Source: Parachlamydiales bacterium
Lineage (GTDB): Bacteria; Chlamydiota; Chlamydiia; Chlamydiales; SM23-39
Assembly: GCA_016931275.1 (NCBI GenBank)
Contig: JAFGFA010000014.1
Coordinates: 11,954 to 75,953 of the forward strand
Reading direction: 5' to 3'
DNA: 64,000 nt
Below are positions 1 through 11,107 of the stretch, piece by piece (position 1 is the stretch's first letter; every line of letters starts with the position of its first letter). The translations under genes and the position numbers were made by a program. The notes under the pieces were generated by a model. It ran no database searches. It was not told where the DNA came from and saw only the letters and a program-made list of their open reading frames with translations.

Positions 1-836
1 AGCATTTGCGTAGCGATTACAACGGGTTTAAAATTTTCTATACATTTTTTGGTCATCATTTTTTGTAATCGGGGGACAAGACTCAAATCAACTTCTACCC
101 CTAAATCTCCACGAGCAATCATAATGCCATCGGCGACCTTTACAATGTTGTTGAAATTTGCTATTCCTTCTTTATTTTCAATTTTTGCAATGACAGGAAT
201 ATCTGATCGTCCTTGTTCTGATAATAATTGTTTAATAGATAAAACGTGTTCTTCGGAACGAACAAAGGATGCAGCAACAATATCAATATCATTTTGACAT
301 CCAAATTTAAGATCCTCTATGTCCTTCTGGGTCATAGCCGGAAGCGATAATACTGCATCTGGAATATTCACCCCTTTTTTAGAGCGCAAAACTCCTTGAT
401 TGATCACCTCAATCACAATCCGATCCTTTTTTTTCTCCACTACTTGGGTGAGGATATATCCATCATCGAAGAGAATTTTCATCCCAATATTTACCTTTTC
501 CAGAACATCGAAAGGATGTATCGAAATCTGCCTGTCATTTCCTATGATATTGGGAACGATCTCAAGTTTTTGTTGGGGAGACAGGACTATTTCATTATTG
601 GCAATTTCTCCTACTCGGATCTCGGGGCCTTTTGTATCTAGTAAAATAGCGATAGGCTGTCCTGTTATCTCTCGAGCTTTTTTCACATTGTCAATCGTTT
701 TTCTATGTTCCTCATAGGTACCATGACTGAAATTGATTCGTGCCACATTCATTCCCTTCTCAATAAGTTCAATCATCTTTTCTAACGATGAGACTGATGG
801 GCCAATGGTACAAATTATTTTAGTAAATTTTTGCAT
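1..836 (-). CDS. pyk: pyruvate kinase, N-terminal ~278 codons (3' end lies beyond window edge)
   Basis: Own translation of the minus strand from ATG at 836-834 gives MQKFTKIICTIGPSVSSLEKMIELIEKGMNVARINFSHGTYEEHRKTIDNVKKAREITGQPIAILLDTKGPEIRVGE, a classic PK N-terminus. It is not in the ORF track because no stop is reached in the window. The + ORFs 49-297, 396-641 and 400-717 are antisense shadows. Confidence 0.9.
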   Translation of the reverse strand, partial: MQKFTKIICTIGPSVSSLEKMIELIEKGMNVARINFSHGTYEEHRKTIDNVKKAREITGQPIAILLDTKGPEIRVGEIANNEIVLSPQQKLEIVPNIIGNDRQISIHPFDVLEKVNIGMKILFDDGYILTQVVEKKKDRIVIEVINQGVLRSKKGVNIPDAVLSLPAMTQKDIEDLKFGCQNDIDIVAASFVRSEEHVLSIKQLLSEQGRSDIPVIAKIENKEGIANFNNIVKVADGIMIARGDLGVEVDLSLVPRLQKMMTKKCIENFKPVVIATQM

Positions 837-858
837 CGATATTTCCCCTCTTGGACAA

Positions 859-887
859 TTGCATGATTTTGTCCGAACCTATATAAT
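859..887 (+). promoter_or_regulatory. candidate sigma70/66-type promoter for uvrA (TTGCAT-N17-TATAAT)
   Basis: TTGCAT at 859-864, a 17-nt spacer, then TATAAT at 882-887, about 38 nt upstream of the uvrA TTG start. A 6-bp inverted repeat GGACAA(853-858)/TTGTCC(869-874) overlaps the -35 element. Consensus match only. Confidence 0.3.
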
Positions 888-924
888 TTTAGTATTGTAA
901 ACCCAATCGTTAGAATAAATAAAC

Positions 925-3900
925 TTGAATAATCGTCAAATTGTTTTACAAGGAGTCAAAGTTCATAATCTTAAAAATGTGAACTTATCTCTCCCTACAG
1001 AAAAATTCATCGTATTGACCGGAGTATCCGGTTCGGGAAAATCCTCTCTTGCATTCGACACTATTTTTGTGGAAGGACAGAGACGATATATAGAATCCCT
1101 CCCGCATTCCATGCGTCATAATATTCAAGAATATACAAAACCCGACGCAGAAAAAATAACGGGAATCTCTCCTACGATTGCCATTGAACAGAAAAATATT
1201 GCTAAATCCCCTCGATCTACTGTAGGAACCATGACCACTATTTACGACTTCCTTCGGGTGCTTTTTTCCCGAATAGGAATTCCTCATTGTCCGATTAGCC
1301 ATGAAAAAATCCTTCCACAAAACCGTGATACGATTATGAATCTAATCCCTAAAGAACGTTCCATTATTCTTTTAGCCCCCTTTCTGCAAAATAAAAAGGG
1401 AACTTTCAAAAAAGAATTTGAGGAATTAGTTAAAAAAGGATTTTTACGAGTCCGTATTGATGGAAAAATAGAACGACTCTCCGAAATTTCTCCTCTTAAT
1501 CCTAAAACGTCCCATAATATCGATATCGTTATTGATCGCCTGGAAACTTGCGCAGAAAACAAATCTCGACTTCAAGAAGCCCTTTATCTCGCTCTAGAAA
1601 CAGGAAAAGGATTTCTTAAAATTATCGATGTTACAACAAAGGAAGAAACCTTTTTCTCCGAATATGCTTATTCGAAAAAAGCGGATAAATTTTATCCTCC
1701 CTTAGAACCAGCGCATTTCTCTTTCAACCATCCTTTAGGTATGTGCCCCGAATGTCAAGGATTAGGAGAAACCTATGCTTTTGATCTTACAAAGATTATA
1801 GATCCCGATAAAAGCATTGCTCAAGGATGCTGTTCCATTGCTAGTGACTATCATACGGTTTATTATAGCAATGTGTACGACAATCTGGCGAAACTTTACA
1901 AATTCAGTCTTCATACCCCCTGGAAAAACCTTTCTTTGCAAGCTCAGAATGTTTTTTTATATGGAACCGAGGAAAAATGGGTCCCAATCGTTTTCTCTCA
2001 TCCCAAAAAAAAGACCCAATATGCAAGCTATATGCAATGGAAAGGAGTTCTCCCCAATGCCTATCAAAGACTCAAACAGGCAAAAAGCGAACTCTATCGC
2101 AAAAAAATGCATGCCCTAATGCATATTACTACCTGTCCTTTATGCCATGGTCATCGCCTACAAGCGTATCCCCTTGCAACTATTCTCGGAGGGAAAAAAA
2201 TCGATGAAATTGTGCATATGCCCATTTACGAAGCATATCAATTTTTCTTACAGTTACCTTTAACCTCCACAGAAAAAATTATTGGTCAAGATCTTCTTGA
2301 CGAGATCACAAAAAGATTATCCTTTCTTATCGATGTAGGACTATCGTATCTTACTCTAGATCGATCATCAGCGACCCTTAGCGGCGGAGAAGCCCAAAGA
2401 GTCAAGCTATCAGCTCAACTGGGAAGTAACCTTAGCGGAACTACTTATGTCCTGGACGAGCCCTCCATTGGACTTCATCCTCATGACCATCATTTAATTA
2501 TCTCTGCCCTTCAATCTCTAAAAGAAAAGGGAAACACCATTATTGTAGTCGAACATGACAGGGAAACGATCATGGCAGCCGATTATATTGTCGATATGGG
2601 GCCTTATGCCGGAAAAAATGGAGGCGAAATTATCGCCAAAGGAACCCCTGATGAAATCATGCGCCATAAACAATCTCTTACAGGACAATATCTCACCGGC
2701 GTCCAGTCTATTTCCCCTCCTAAGTCTCTAAGAAAGACGAATCTTGGCACACTTTCTCTCCATGGAGCTTCATTACATAACTTAAAAAATGTCACTCTCC
2801 ATATTCCTCTTCATTGCCTCGTTTGTGTAACCGGCGTGTCCGGTTCTGGAAAATCTTCTCTCATCGGAGATACTCTTTATCCAGCGATCTATAATCATAT
2901 TCACCATTCCACTTATCGAGCAGGCCCCTACAAAAAAATCGATGGATTAGATCCCATAAAAAGAGTTCTCTTTGTCGATCAATCTCCTATTGGGAAAACA
3001 CCGAGATCCAATCCTGCGACCTATATAAAAGTTTTAGATGATATACGAGACCTTTATGCTTCTTTGCCTCTTTCGCGTATGAGAGGATATACATCTTCCC
3101 ACTTTAGTTTTAATGTAGCTGAAGGGTCTTGTCCCTATTGCAAAGGACTGGGAGAAGTCCGTATCGACATGGATTTTTTAGAAGATGTTTACACTCCCTG
3201 TATTCAATGTAAAGGCACAAGATATGATCCCGAAGTTTTAGAAGTAACATATAAGGATAAAAGCATATTGGATATCCTCCAAATGGAAATTGCGCTCGCC
3301 AAAGAATTATTTTCTCCCATCCCTAAAATTTATGAAAAATTACTCTTATTATGCGAAGTAGGTCTTGATTATATGCAACTTGGACAGCCATCCACTACCC
3401 TATCAGGAGGAGAGGCCCAAAGAATCAAGCTCGCAAAAGAACTCTCCAAGCCCAATATTGAAAACACCTTATATATTCTAGACGAACCGACAACAGGACT
3501 TCATTTCCATGACATGAAAAAATTGATCGCTGTTTTACAAAAACTCATCGATCGAGGAAGTTCTGCCATTATCATCGAACATAATATGGATTTTGTCAAA
3601 GTGGCAGATTGGATTATTGAAATGGGCTCTGGAGGAGGCGAAAAAGGAGGTTCGATCATTGCACAAGGTCGCGTATCCCACATAGCCAAACTGAATACAG
3701 CTACGGGACAAGCTCTTCGCTCCTCCTTTACCAAAACCCCGGTTCCCAAGATTTTTTCTAAAGAAAAAAGATCCTTCATTTCTATTGAAAATGCAGAAAG
3801 CAATAATTTAAAAAACATATCCCTCACTATTCCTAAGGGGAAAATTTCCGTTTTTACCGGTCCTTCCGGTTCCGGAAAAAGTTCTTTAGCCTTTGATACA

Positions 3901-6531
3901 ATATTTGCTGAAGGACAAAAAAGATACTTAGAAGCCATGCCTCCTTATGTACGCCAATTCTTAAAACAACTTCCTCCCCCCAAAGTAAAAAGAATCGACG
4001 GACTATCGCCTTGTATCGCCATCGAACAAAAAGGACACAATCTCAACCCGAGAAGTACCATCGGCACTCTCACGGAAATCTATGATCTTTTACGCCTTCT
4101 TTTTGCCCATCTCGGCATTCCCTATTGTCCAAAAACTCATGAAGAAATCAAGACCATCAGCAAGGAATACGTCGTAAAAAAAATATTAGAACTTCCTTCT
4201 AATGAAAAAATTTGCATTCTGGCTCCCTTGAATCTCCAAGATCCCAACCATTTCCCGCAAATACAAAAAAAACTGCAGCAAGAAGGCTTTTTACGTATAC
4301 GATTGAATAACAGTTATTATCTTTTGGAAGACAAGATTCCTGTCGATCCTCATAAAAAAAATTCCCTTTTCCTTGTTATTGACCGATTAGTTATCTCCGA
4401 TCAAATATCACATCGCCTTTTAGAAGCAATCGCCCTGGCTGCTAAAATCGGTCACGAGACAATTACTATTGCAACCGAACAAAAAGATCTCTTTTTTAAT
4501 CTTTCTTTTGCGGTGGAAAGTACCGGTCAATCCTATCCTCCGATTACTCCCCAGACATTTTCTTTTAATGCTGAGGTGGGAATGTGCCCCGAATGCCAAG
4601 GTCTTGGAAATATCTACTGTGTCAATTTTGCCAACGAACCTTACTTTTTGGAGCTCTCTCCCATGGAAATATGTCATCATATATTCAAGAGAAAGCTCTC
4701 CCATTATACGATCACTCTTTTAGAAGAATATTTCCGGCAAGTCTCTATTGATCTCTATCGTCCATTGCAAGAACTTGAAGAAGAGAAAAAAAGCCTGTTT
4801 TTAAAAGGGGGCCCTCTTTATAAGGTAAAAAACTTTTCTTTTAGATGGAGGGGAATTTTTCCCGTTTTAGAAAAAGCCGCTAAACATTCTAAAGGCTATT
4901 ACCGGCATTTCTTAGCCCCTTCCATGAAAGAAATCACCTGTTCAGGTTGTCATGGGAACCGATTAAATCCTTTAGCGCAAAATGTAAAAATCCATGATAT
5001 TTCCATTACCGATCTATGTAATATGGAGATCGACTCGGCTGTACAATTTATCCAGACTATCCACCTTGAACAATCCCATTTTTTATATGAAACCCTTCAA
5101 CAGATCCGATCCCAGCTTTATTTTATTCAAGAGATCGGCCTGGGATACCTTTCTCTCAATCGCAGCGTACCTACCTTAAGCGGCGGAGAACTTCAACGTA
5201 TTCGTCTCGCTAAGCATCTTGGGACGGGATTAACTTCATGCATTTATCTCCTAGACGAACCAACTATAGGATTGCATCCCTATAATAATCATTTAATGAT
5301 GAATGCCTTAAAAAAGCTTCAGCAATTAGACAACACATTAATTTTAGTCGAACACGATCCTCTTATCATAAAACAAGCTGATTACCTCGTCGATTTTGGT
5401 CCTCAGGCAGGACATCAAGGAGGACAAATTATCGCAAAGGGCTCCTATCAGGACATTATCCAAAATCCTCATTCCATTACAGGCAACTATTTGAATAAAA
5501 AGGCCATTATTCCTTCAAAGAAGCCCTTTCTCCGAAAGGGACTATCTATTGAAAAAGCCTCTTTGCACAATCTCAAAAATATTTCTGTAGACATTCCTTC
5601 CGGAGGCATGATTTGCATCACAGGTGTCTCGGGATCAGGGAAATCTACGCTTGTATACGACATTATCAAACCAGCCATAAAGACGGCTTTACAAACTCGG
5701 GAAAAAAATATTATATTTCCCTTTGCCTCTATCAAAAATGCCGATATGTTCGACTCCCTTATCTCATTAGATCAAAATCCTATAGGACAAACGGTCCGTT
5801 CCGATATCAGCACCTACAGTGATATCCATCCTCTTTTACGCCAATTCTTTGCTTCCTTACCTTCAGCCAGAGCAAAAGGTCTTCAACCTCGATTTTTTAG
5901 TGCTAACCATAAAAAAGGCATGTGTAAAAAATGTTTGGGACTAGGATATCAAAAAATTGATCTTCAATATCTTCCATCGGTAAAAGTCGTATGTGATAGC
6001 TGCAAAGGATATAAATTAAATGCCCAAAGTCTTGATATTCGTTATAAGGCAAAACATCTTGGAGAAATTTTACAATTAACCATTGATCAAGCTACAGAGT
6101 TTTTCGAAGCCCATCCGAAAATAGTCAAAAAGCTCCGTATTCTTCATTCTGTAGGACTGGGATATCTATCCTTGGGTCAGGAAATCAATACTCTTTCAGG
6201 GGGAGAAGCTCAAAGACTTCGATTAGCAAAAGAGCTTTCTAAAAAAGCACAAGGGCATACTTTATATCTTTTTGATGAACCTTCTATTGGCCTTCATTTT
6301 TCCGATATTGAAAAACTCTTGCCGATCTTTCATCAAATTGCACAAAAACACACGCTGTTAATCATCGAACATAATCTAGATATTATCGCTCATGCCGACC
6401 ACATTATCGACTTAGGACCGGATGCAGGCAAAAAAGGCGGACAAGTCATTTTCAACGGCAGTGTCCAAGAAATGCTCAAAAGCGCTAACACACCTACAGC
6501 GCAATTTTTAAAAAATCATCTATATAGTTAA
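925..6531 (+). CDS. uvrA: excinuclease ABC subunit A, tandem-duplicated (two complete UvrA units in one 1868-aa ORF)
   Basis: TTG start. The N-terminus VHNLKNVNLSLPTEKFIVLTGVSGSGKSSLAFDTIFVEGQRRYIESL recurs at about aa 955 (NLKNISLTIPKGKISVFTGPSGSGKSSLAFDTIFAEGQKRYLEAM). There are four Walker A motifs, four LSGGE signatures and CxxC zinc modules in each half. Confidence 0.95.
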   Translation: MNNRQIVLQGVKVHNLKNVNLSLPTEKFIVLTGVSGSGKSSLAFDTIFVEGQRRYIESLPHSMRHNIQEYTKPDAEKITGISPTIAIEQKNIAKSPRSTVGTMTTIYDFLRVLFSRIGIPHCPISHEKILPQNRDTIMNLIPKERSIILLAPFLQNKKGTFKKEFEELVKKGFLRVRIDGKIERLSEISPLNPKTSHNIDIVIDRLETCAENKSRLQEALYLALETGKGFLKIIDVTTKEETFFSEYAYSKKADKFYPPLEPAHFSFNHPLGMCPECQGLGETYAFDLTKIIDPDKSIAQGCCSIASDYHTVYYSNVYDNLAKLYKFSLHTPWKNLSLQAQNVFLYGTEEKWVPIVFSHPKKKTQYASYMQWKGVLPNAYQRLKQAKSELYRKKMHALMHITTCPLCHGHRLQAYPLATILGGKKIDEIVHMPIYEAYQFFLQLPLTSTEKIIGQDLLDEITKRLSFLIDVGLSYLTLDRSSATLSGGEAQRVKLSAQLGSNLSGTTYVLDEPSIGLHPHDHHLIISALQSLKEKGNTIIVVEHDRETIMAADYIVDMGPYAGKNGGEIIAKGTPDEIMRHKQSLTGQYLTGVQSISPPKSLRKTNLGTLSLHGASLHNLKNVTLHIPLHCLVCVTGVSGSGKSSLIGDTLYPAIYNHIHHSTYRAGPYKKIDGLDPIKRVLFVDQSPIGKTPRSNPATYIKVLDDIRDLYASLPLSRMRGYTSSHFSFNVAEGSCPYCKGLGEVRIDMDFLEDVYTPCIQCKGTRYDPEVLEVTYKDKSILDILQMEIALAKELFSPIPKIYEKLLLLCEVGLDYMQLGQPSTTLSGGEAQRIKLAKELSKPNIENTLYILDEPTTGLHFHDMKKLIAVLQKLIDRGSSAIIIEHNMDFVKVADWIIEMGSGGGEKGGSIIAQGRVSHIAKLNTATGQALRSSFTKTPVPKIFSKEKRSFISIENAESNNLKNISLTIPKGKISVFTGPSGSGKSSLAFDTIFAEGQKRYLEAMPPYVRQFLKQLPPPKVKRIDGLSPCIAIEQKGHNLNPRSTIGTLTEIYDLLRLLFAHLGIPYCPKTHEEIKTISKEYVVKKILELPSNEKICILAPLNLQDPNHFPQIQKKLQQEGFLRIRLNNSYYLLEDKIPVDPHKKNSLFLVIDRLVISDQISHRLLEAIALAAKIGHETITIATEQKDLFFNLSFAVESTGQSYPPITPQTFSFNAEVGMCPECQGLGNIYCVNFANEPYFLELSPMEICHHIFKRKLSHYTITLLEEYFRQVSIDLYRPLQELEEEKKSLFLKGGPLYKVKNFSFRWRGIFPVLEKAAKHSKGYYRHFLAPSMKEITCSGCHGNRLNPLAQNVKIHDISITDLCNMEIDSAVQFIQTIHLEQSHFLYETLQQIRSQLYFIQEIGLGYLSLNRSVPTLSGGELQRIRLAKHLGTGLTSCIYLLDEPTIGLHPYNNHLMMNALKKLQQLDNTLILVEHDPLIIKQADYLVDFGPQAGHQGGQIIAKGSYQDIIQNPHSITGNYLNKKAIIPSKKPFLRKGLSIEKASLHNLKNISVDIPSGGMICITGVSGSGKSTLVYDIIKPAIKTALQTREKNIIFPFASIKNADMFDSLISLDQNPIGQTVRSDISTYSDIHPLLRQFFASLPSARAKGLQPRFFSANHKKGMCKKCLGLGYQKIDLQYLPSVKVVCDSCKGYKLNAQSLDIRYKAKHLGEILQLTIDQATEFFEAHPKIVKKLRILHSVGLGYLSLGQEINTLSGGEAQRLRLAKELSKKAQGHTLYLFDEPSIGLHFSDIEKLLPIFHQIAQKHTLLIIEHNLDIIAHADHIIDLGPDAGKKGGQVIFNGSVQEMLKSANTPTAQFLKNHLYS

Positions 6532-6585
6532 AAATTGCGAAAAAATAATCGTCCGCATAAGATGAGCAAAAAAGGAGATATTCCA

Positions 6586-6957
6586 ATGGCTCATCCTATT
6601 ACTTCCTGGAAAAAAGCACACACCTTATCATTTTTAGTTTTTTTAGCTGGTCTTGCAATACTCACTTTCACCAAAGCCTGGTGGCCAGGCATCATGCTCG
6701 TTATTGGACTTCCCATAGCTTTACGCCAATATCTCATGGGAAGAAAATATGATATGATCATTTCTTTGATCGTATTCATCGGAGTCTTTATTACTGTCCA
6801 ATTTAGCATTCAGTGGGAAGTTCTTCTTCCTGTTTTATTCACTCTCGGAGGCATTTATATTTTCTTTAGAGAATTCTTATTGGTAAAAATTTCAGAACCG
6901 GAAAAAGAAGAAGAGATCAACAAAGAAATTGAAGAGAATCAGGAAAAGAAACAATAA
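6586..6957 (+). CDS. small integral membrane protein with acidic/Lys-rich C-terminal tail (hypothetical)
   Basis: ORF 6535-6957. I prefer ATG 6586, which is preceded by AAGGAG at 6572-6577. It has three or four hydrophobic helices (LSFLVFLAGLAILTF, WWPGIMLVIGLPIAL, MIISLIVFIGVFITV, LLPVLFTLGGIYIFF). No family recognised. Confidence 0.5.
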   Translation: MAHPITSWKKAHTLSFLVFLAGLAILTFTKAWWPGIMLVIGLPIALRQYLMGRKYDMIISLIVFIGVFITVQFSIQWEVLLPVLFTLGGIYIFFREFLLVKISEPEKEEEINKEIEENQEKKQ

Positions 6958-6986
6958 TCATATTCTTCGAAAAGAAAGGATTTCGA

Positions 6987-7994
6987 TCATCTCTGAAGAT
7001 AATCGATATGCATTGCCTCTTTCACTTCTTTTAGGGTAGTTTTCGCTTGTAAGGAGGCTTTTTTTGTCCCTTCAAAGAGCATCTCCCAAATCTCGCGAGA
7101 GTTTTCCGCATATTTTCTCCTCCGATCTCTGACAGGAGACAAAAATTTTTCCAATATGGTTAACAGATGTTTTTTTACAACAACATCTCCCAACCCTCCT
7201 TTTTGATAATGCTCTTTCATCTCTTGAACTTTTTCTGTATCTGGATCAAAAACATCTAAATAAGTAAATACAGGGTTTCCTTCCACTTGACCGGGATCAT
7301 TGACATGAAGATGATTAGGATCGGTATACATACGCATCACTTTTTTTTGCACCTCTTCAGGAGAGTCGCTCAAAAAGATCGCATTATTTAAGGTTTTTCC
7401 CATCTTAGCTCCCCCATCGATACCGGGAAGTCTTGCAATTTCCGGAGTCATCGCGACAGGTTCTATAAGAACATCACATTGATAAAGCCGGTTAAATTTA
7501 CGAACAATCTCTGCTGTTTGTTCGATCATAGGCAATTGATCATCTCCTACAGGAACAATTTCCGCTTTAAAAGCGGTTATATCGGCCGCTTGCGAAATGG
7601 GATAAATCATAAAACCCGCCGGGACCTCCTCCTTAAAACCCTTTTGACGGATTTCCAATTTTACTGTAGGGTTATGCTTTAATCGGTTCCAAGTGACTAA
7701 ATTCAGATAATAGAGGGTCAATTCATAAAGCTCGGGGATCATGGATTGTATAAAAACCGTTGATTGATCGAAATCGAGTCCAACAGACAGATAATCGAGG
7801 GCCACGGCAAGAATATTCCTCCGGATTTCTTCCGGTCTATCCGCATGATCTGTCAAAGCCTGCATATCAGCAATCATAATGTATTGCTGATGGCTAGATT
7901 GTAAAACAAGTCGATTAGACAAAGAACCAACATAATGCCCTAAATGCAAAGGACCGGTTGGACGATCGCCGGTAAGAACAATCTTTTTTTTCAT
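6987..7994 (-). CDS. trpS: tryptophan--tRNA ligase
   Basis: 335 aa. HIGH-type motif [11 protein letters not shown] near the N-terminus, KMSKS-type motif KMGKT, and overall class Ic TrpRS pattern. Confidence 0.93.
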   Translation of the reverse strand: MKKKIVLTGDRPTGPLHLGHYVGSLSNRLVLQSSHQQYIMIADMQALTDHADRPEEIRRNILAVALDYLSVGLDFDQSTVFIQSMIPELYELTLYYLNLVTWNRLKHNPTVKLEIRQKGFKEEVPAGFMIYPISQAADITAFKAEIVPVGDDQLPMIEQTAEIVRKFNRLYQCDVLIEPVAMTPEIARLPGIDGGAKMGKTLNNAIFLSDSPEEVQKKVMRMYTDPNHLHVNDPGQVEGNPVFTYLDVFDPDTEKVQEMKEHYQKGGLGDVVVKKHLLTILEKFLSPVRDRRRKYAENSREIWEMLFEGTKKASLQAKTTLKEVKEAMHIDYLQR

Positions 7995-8126
7995 ATATAA
8001 ACACCTTTTTTACTAGCATAAAAAACATGATGATGAAGAACAAGAGAAAAATCAAGTGAATCCGATCCCCAAAATTATCCTTCAAACTAAAAGGAAGAAT
8101 CTCTAATCAAAATGTAAAAAATATCT

Positions 8127-8155
8127 TTGTCAAAAAGATTGGACAATCTTATCAT
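8127..8155 (+). promoter_or_regulatory. candidate promoter for valS (TTGTCA-N17-TATCAT)
   Basis: TTGTCA at 8127-8132, a 17-nt spacer, then TATCAT at 8150-8155, about 57 nt upstream of the valS ATG. Consensus match only. Confidence 0.3.
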
Positions 8156-8211
8156 TTACTTCACAGTTTTTTTTAGATATTATACTGTAATAATCAATCC
8201 CTTTTTTTGAT

Positions 8212-11046
8212 ATGAATGAAGATCTTCCAAAGGCCTATGATGCTTCTTCTGTAGAAGGCAAATGGTATTCTTTTTGGGAACAAAGCGGTTTTTTTTCCGT
8301 CGATACCGCCTCTTCTAAGAAGCCTTATTGCATTATCATGCCTCCTCCCAATGTCACTGGCGTTTTGCATATGGGCCATGCTCTTGGAAGCACTCTGCAA
8401 GACATATTAATACGCTATAAAAGAATGATGGGCTTTGACGCTCTGTGGATACCGGGAACGGATCATGCGGGTATTTCAACGCAGACGATTGTTGAAAAAC
8501 ATTTAATACAAACGAAAAACAAGAGAAGAAAAGACTTTTCCAGGGAAGAATTTTTATCCCATGTATGGCAATGGAAAGAAGAAAAACAGCACCGAATTAT
8601 CGAACAAATCAAAAAACTAGGATGTTCCTGTGATTGGAGTCGTCTCCGATTCACCATGGACAATGAAAGCAACACCGCTGTACGAACTCTTTTTAAAAAA
8701 ATGTTTGATGACGGTCTCATTTATCGCGGAGACTATCTCGTCAACTGGGATCCTGTAACTCAAACAGCTCTAGCCGATGATGAAGTCGAACATGAAGAAA
8801 TCGACTCTTTTTTATGGTATTTTCGTTATCCCTTTGCAGATCAAGAAGGACATATCGTGATAGCGACAACCCGTCCTGAAACCCTTTTAGGAGACACGGC
8901 AATAGCCGTATCTCCTCGTGACGAAAGATATTCTTCTCTGATAGGAAAAAAAGTCCGATTGCCATTAACCAACAGAGTCATTCCGATTCTTGAAGATCAT
9001 TTTGTTGATCCTTCATTTGGCACCGGGGCTGTTAAAATAACTCCGGCTCATGATCATAACGATTATCAAGTGGCATTACGACACAATTTACCGATCATTA
9101 ATATAATGACTCCTGATGGCCGCATTAATGAAAAAGCTCCTGAATTTACCAATCTCACGATGCTAGAAGCTCGTCAAGCTGTCGCAACAAAAATGAAACA
9201 GCTGGGGCTTTTAGAAAAAAAAGAACCTTATAAACTACGCATAGGGCTTTCTTACCGTTCTAAAGCCATTATAGAACCTTTTCTTTCGAAACAATGGTTT
9301 GTTAGGATGGAACCCTTTAAGCATCTCTTAATAGATGCGGTTCAAAAGAAAGAAGTACACCTGATTCCTAAAAATTTTGAAGAAAATTATTTTTATTGGA
9401 TTGAAAATTTACGAGATTGGTGCATTTCTCGGCAACTATGGTGGGGGCATCGTATCCCTATCTGGTATCATAAAGACGATCCTTCTCAAATGATATGCCA
9501 TGATGGGAATGATCTTCCTTTGGAAGCACAAAAAAATCCGGATCAATGGATTCAGGACGAAGATGTATTAGACACATGGTTTTCATCTGCTCTATGGCCT
9601 TTAACAACTCTCGGATGGCCTCATCAGACAAAGGATCTACAAAAATTTTATCCGACTTCTACGCTCATCACTGGTTTTGACATTCTCTTTTTTTGGGTAG
9701 CTCGCATGATCTTTGTCGGTAAATATCTTTCTCATCAAGTACCTTTTACATCGACATTTATCCATGGGCTTATCTACGGAAAATCGTATTGGAGACAAGA
9801 AAATGACGGTTCTATCACTTACGTCTCCCCTGAAGAAAAGAACAAGCTTGATGCAATATCCGCTCTTCCTGAAGGATTATTTTCCCGCTGGGAAAAAATG
9901 TCTAAATCCAAAGGAAATATCATCGACCCTTTAGAAATTAGCAAAGAATATGGCACGGATGCAATGAGGATGGCACTTTGTTCTTGCGCCACTTTTTCTC
10001 GTCAAATTGATTTAGATAGAAGACGGTTTGACGAATATAAAAATTTCACGAATAAGATATGGAATGGAGCCCGTTTTGTTCTACTCAATATTTTAGGAGA
10101 AAATCCACTCACAGCCGAAGAGATGCGCCGCGGTCTTAACAAGTCGATGCTTACCCTGGAGGATCGCTGGATCCTTTCCCGTATCAATCGACAACTTTGC
10201 AATATGCATACTTTCTTCGAGAATTATTCTTTCGATAAAGCTGCTGTTACGGCTTATGATTTTTTCTGGAACGATTTTTGCTCAAAATATTTAGAGATCG
10301 TCAAACCTTTCCTATATGGAAAAATAGGAAAAGACCCTGACCGAACAAACAAACAAAAACTTTTATTGATTCTTCTTGGCGACATTATCCGCATGCTACA
10401 TCCTATCGCGCCCTTTATCACGGAAGAATTATTTTCTTATCTTCATAAAACATTCGGCAATGCAACAGCCTTACAGAATGCTGATATCTATACAAAAAAA
10501 ACTCTAGAAGCACTACATGCTCCAGCATGCATCATTGCCCCTTTTCCGAAACCCATTCTTGAAGATATCGACGATGCTGCGGAACTTGATTTTCAGAAAA
10601 TGGATGCTATCATCTATACCATCAGAAACATTCGTGGAGAAATGCGCATTGCATTAAATGTAAAAACTGATATCTATTTTTCATTACCAGAGCTTCAAAG
10701 ATCTTTTCTTCAAAAAAATATTTATATGATCCATTCCCAGGTAAGCACAGAAAACATCTTTTTTTCCGAAAAACCCTCTATTCTTCACAGTTCCAGCGCT
10801 CTTGTCGATGGAGTCAAAATTTCCATTCCTCTCCCACAAGAATTGATTGCTTTGGAAAAAAATCGTCTTGAAAAAGAAAGAGAAAAATTAGAAAAACTCC
10901 TTTCTGCCACGCAACAAAAACTATCGCAAAGCGAATTTATCGCCAAAGCTCCAAAGGAAGTGGTTCAAAAGATGGAAAATATGCTTCACGATACCCGCTC
11001 TTCTCTCCAAGAAATCCTTCAAAAATTAGAAAAATTCAACCATTAA
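8212..11046 (+). CDS. valS: valine--tRNA ligase
   Basis: 944 aa. PPPNVTGVLHMGHAL (HIGH), KMSKSKGN (KMSKS), a CP1 editing region and a C-terminal coiled coil (LEKNRLEKEREKLEKLL). Confidence 0.95.
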   Translation: MNEDLPKAYDASSVEGKWYSFWEQSGFFSVDTASSKKPYCIIMPPPNVTGVLHMGHALGSTLQDILIRYKRMMGFDALWIPGTDHAGISTQTIVEKHLIQTKNKRRKDFSREEFLSHVWQWKEEKQHRIIEQIKKLGCSCDWSRLRFTMDNESNTAVRTLFKKMFDDGLIYRGDYLVNWDPVTQTALADDEVEHEEIDSFLWYFRYPFADQEGHIVIATTRPETLLGDTAIAVSPRDERYSSLIGKKVRLPLTNRVIPILEDHFVDPSFGTGAVKITPAHDHNDYQVALRHNLPIINIMTPDGRINEKAPEFTNLTMLEARQAVATKMKQLGLLEKKEPYKLRIGLSYRSKAIIEPFLSKQWFVRMEPFKHLLIDAVQKKEVHLIPKNFEENYFYWIENLRDWCISRQLWWGHRIPIWYHKDDPSQMICHDGNDLPLEAQKNPDQWIQDEDVLDTWFSSALWPLTTLGWPHQTKDLQKFYPTSTLITGFDILFFWVARMIFVGKYLSHQVPFTSTFIHGLIYGKSYWRQENDGSITYVSPEEKNKLDAISALPEGLFSRWEKMSKSKGNIIDPLEISKEYGTDAMRMALCSCATFSRQIDLDRRRFDEYKNFTNKIWNGARFVLLNILGENPLTAEEMRRGLNKSMLTLEDRWILSRINRQLCNMHTFFENYSFDKAAVTAYDFFWNDFCSKYLEIVKPFLYGKIGKDPDRTNKQKLLLILLGDIIRMLHPIAPFITEELFSYLHKTFGNATALQNADIYTKKTLEALHAPACIIAPFPKPILEDIDDAAELDFQKMDAIIYTIRNIRGEMRIALNVKTDIYFSLPELQRSFLQKNIYMIHSQVSTENIFFSEKPSILHSSSALVDGVKISIPLPQELIALEKNRLEKEREKLEKLLSATQQKLSQSEFIAKAPKEVVQKMENMLHDTRSSLQEILQKLEKFNH

Positions 11047-11107
11047 TGAGTCTTGTTCTATCTGTATTCTAAATTCTAAAAGAATGACAAGGTGAATCTT
11101 CAAAAAG

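Noticed and set aside
985-6531. Numerous 60-145 aa ORFs antisense or out of frame within uvrA. The same occurs within valS, nrdD, hppA, rtcB and the PEP-utilising gene.
   Set aside because: They are fully nested in long, well-supported CDSs, have no recognisable motifs, and are typical of AT-rich sequence.
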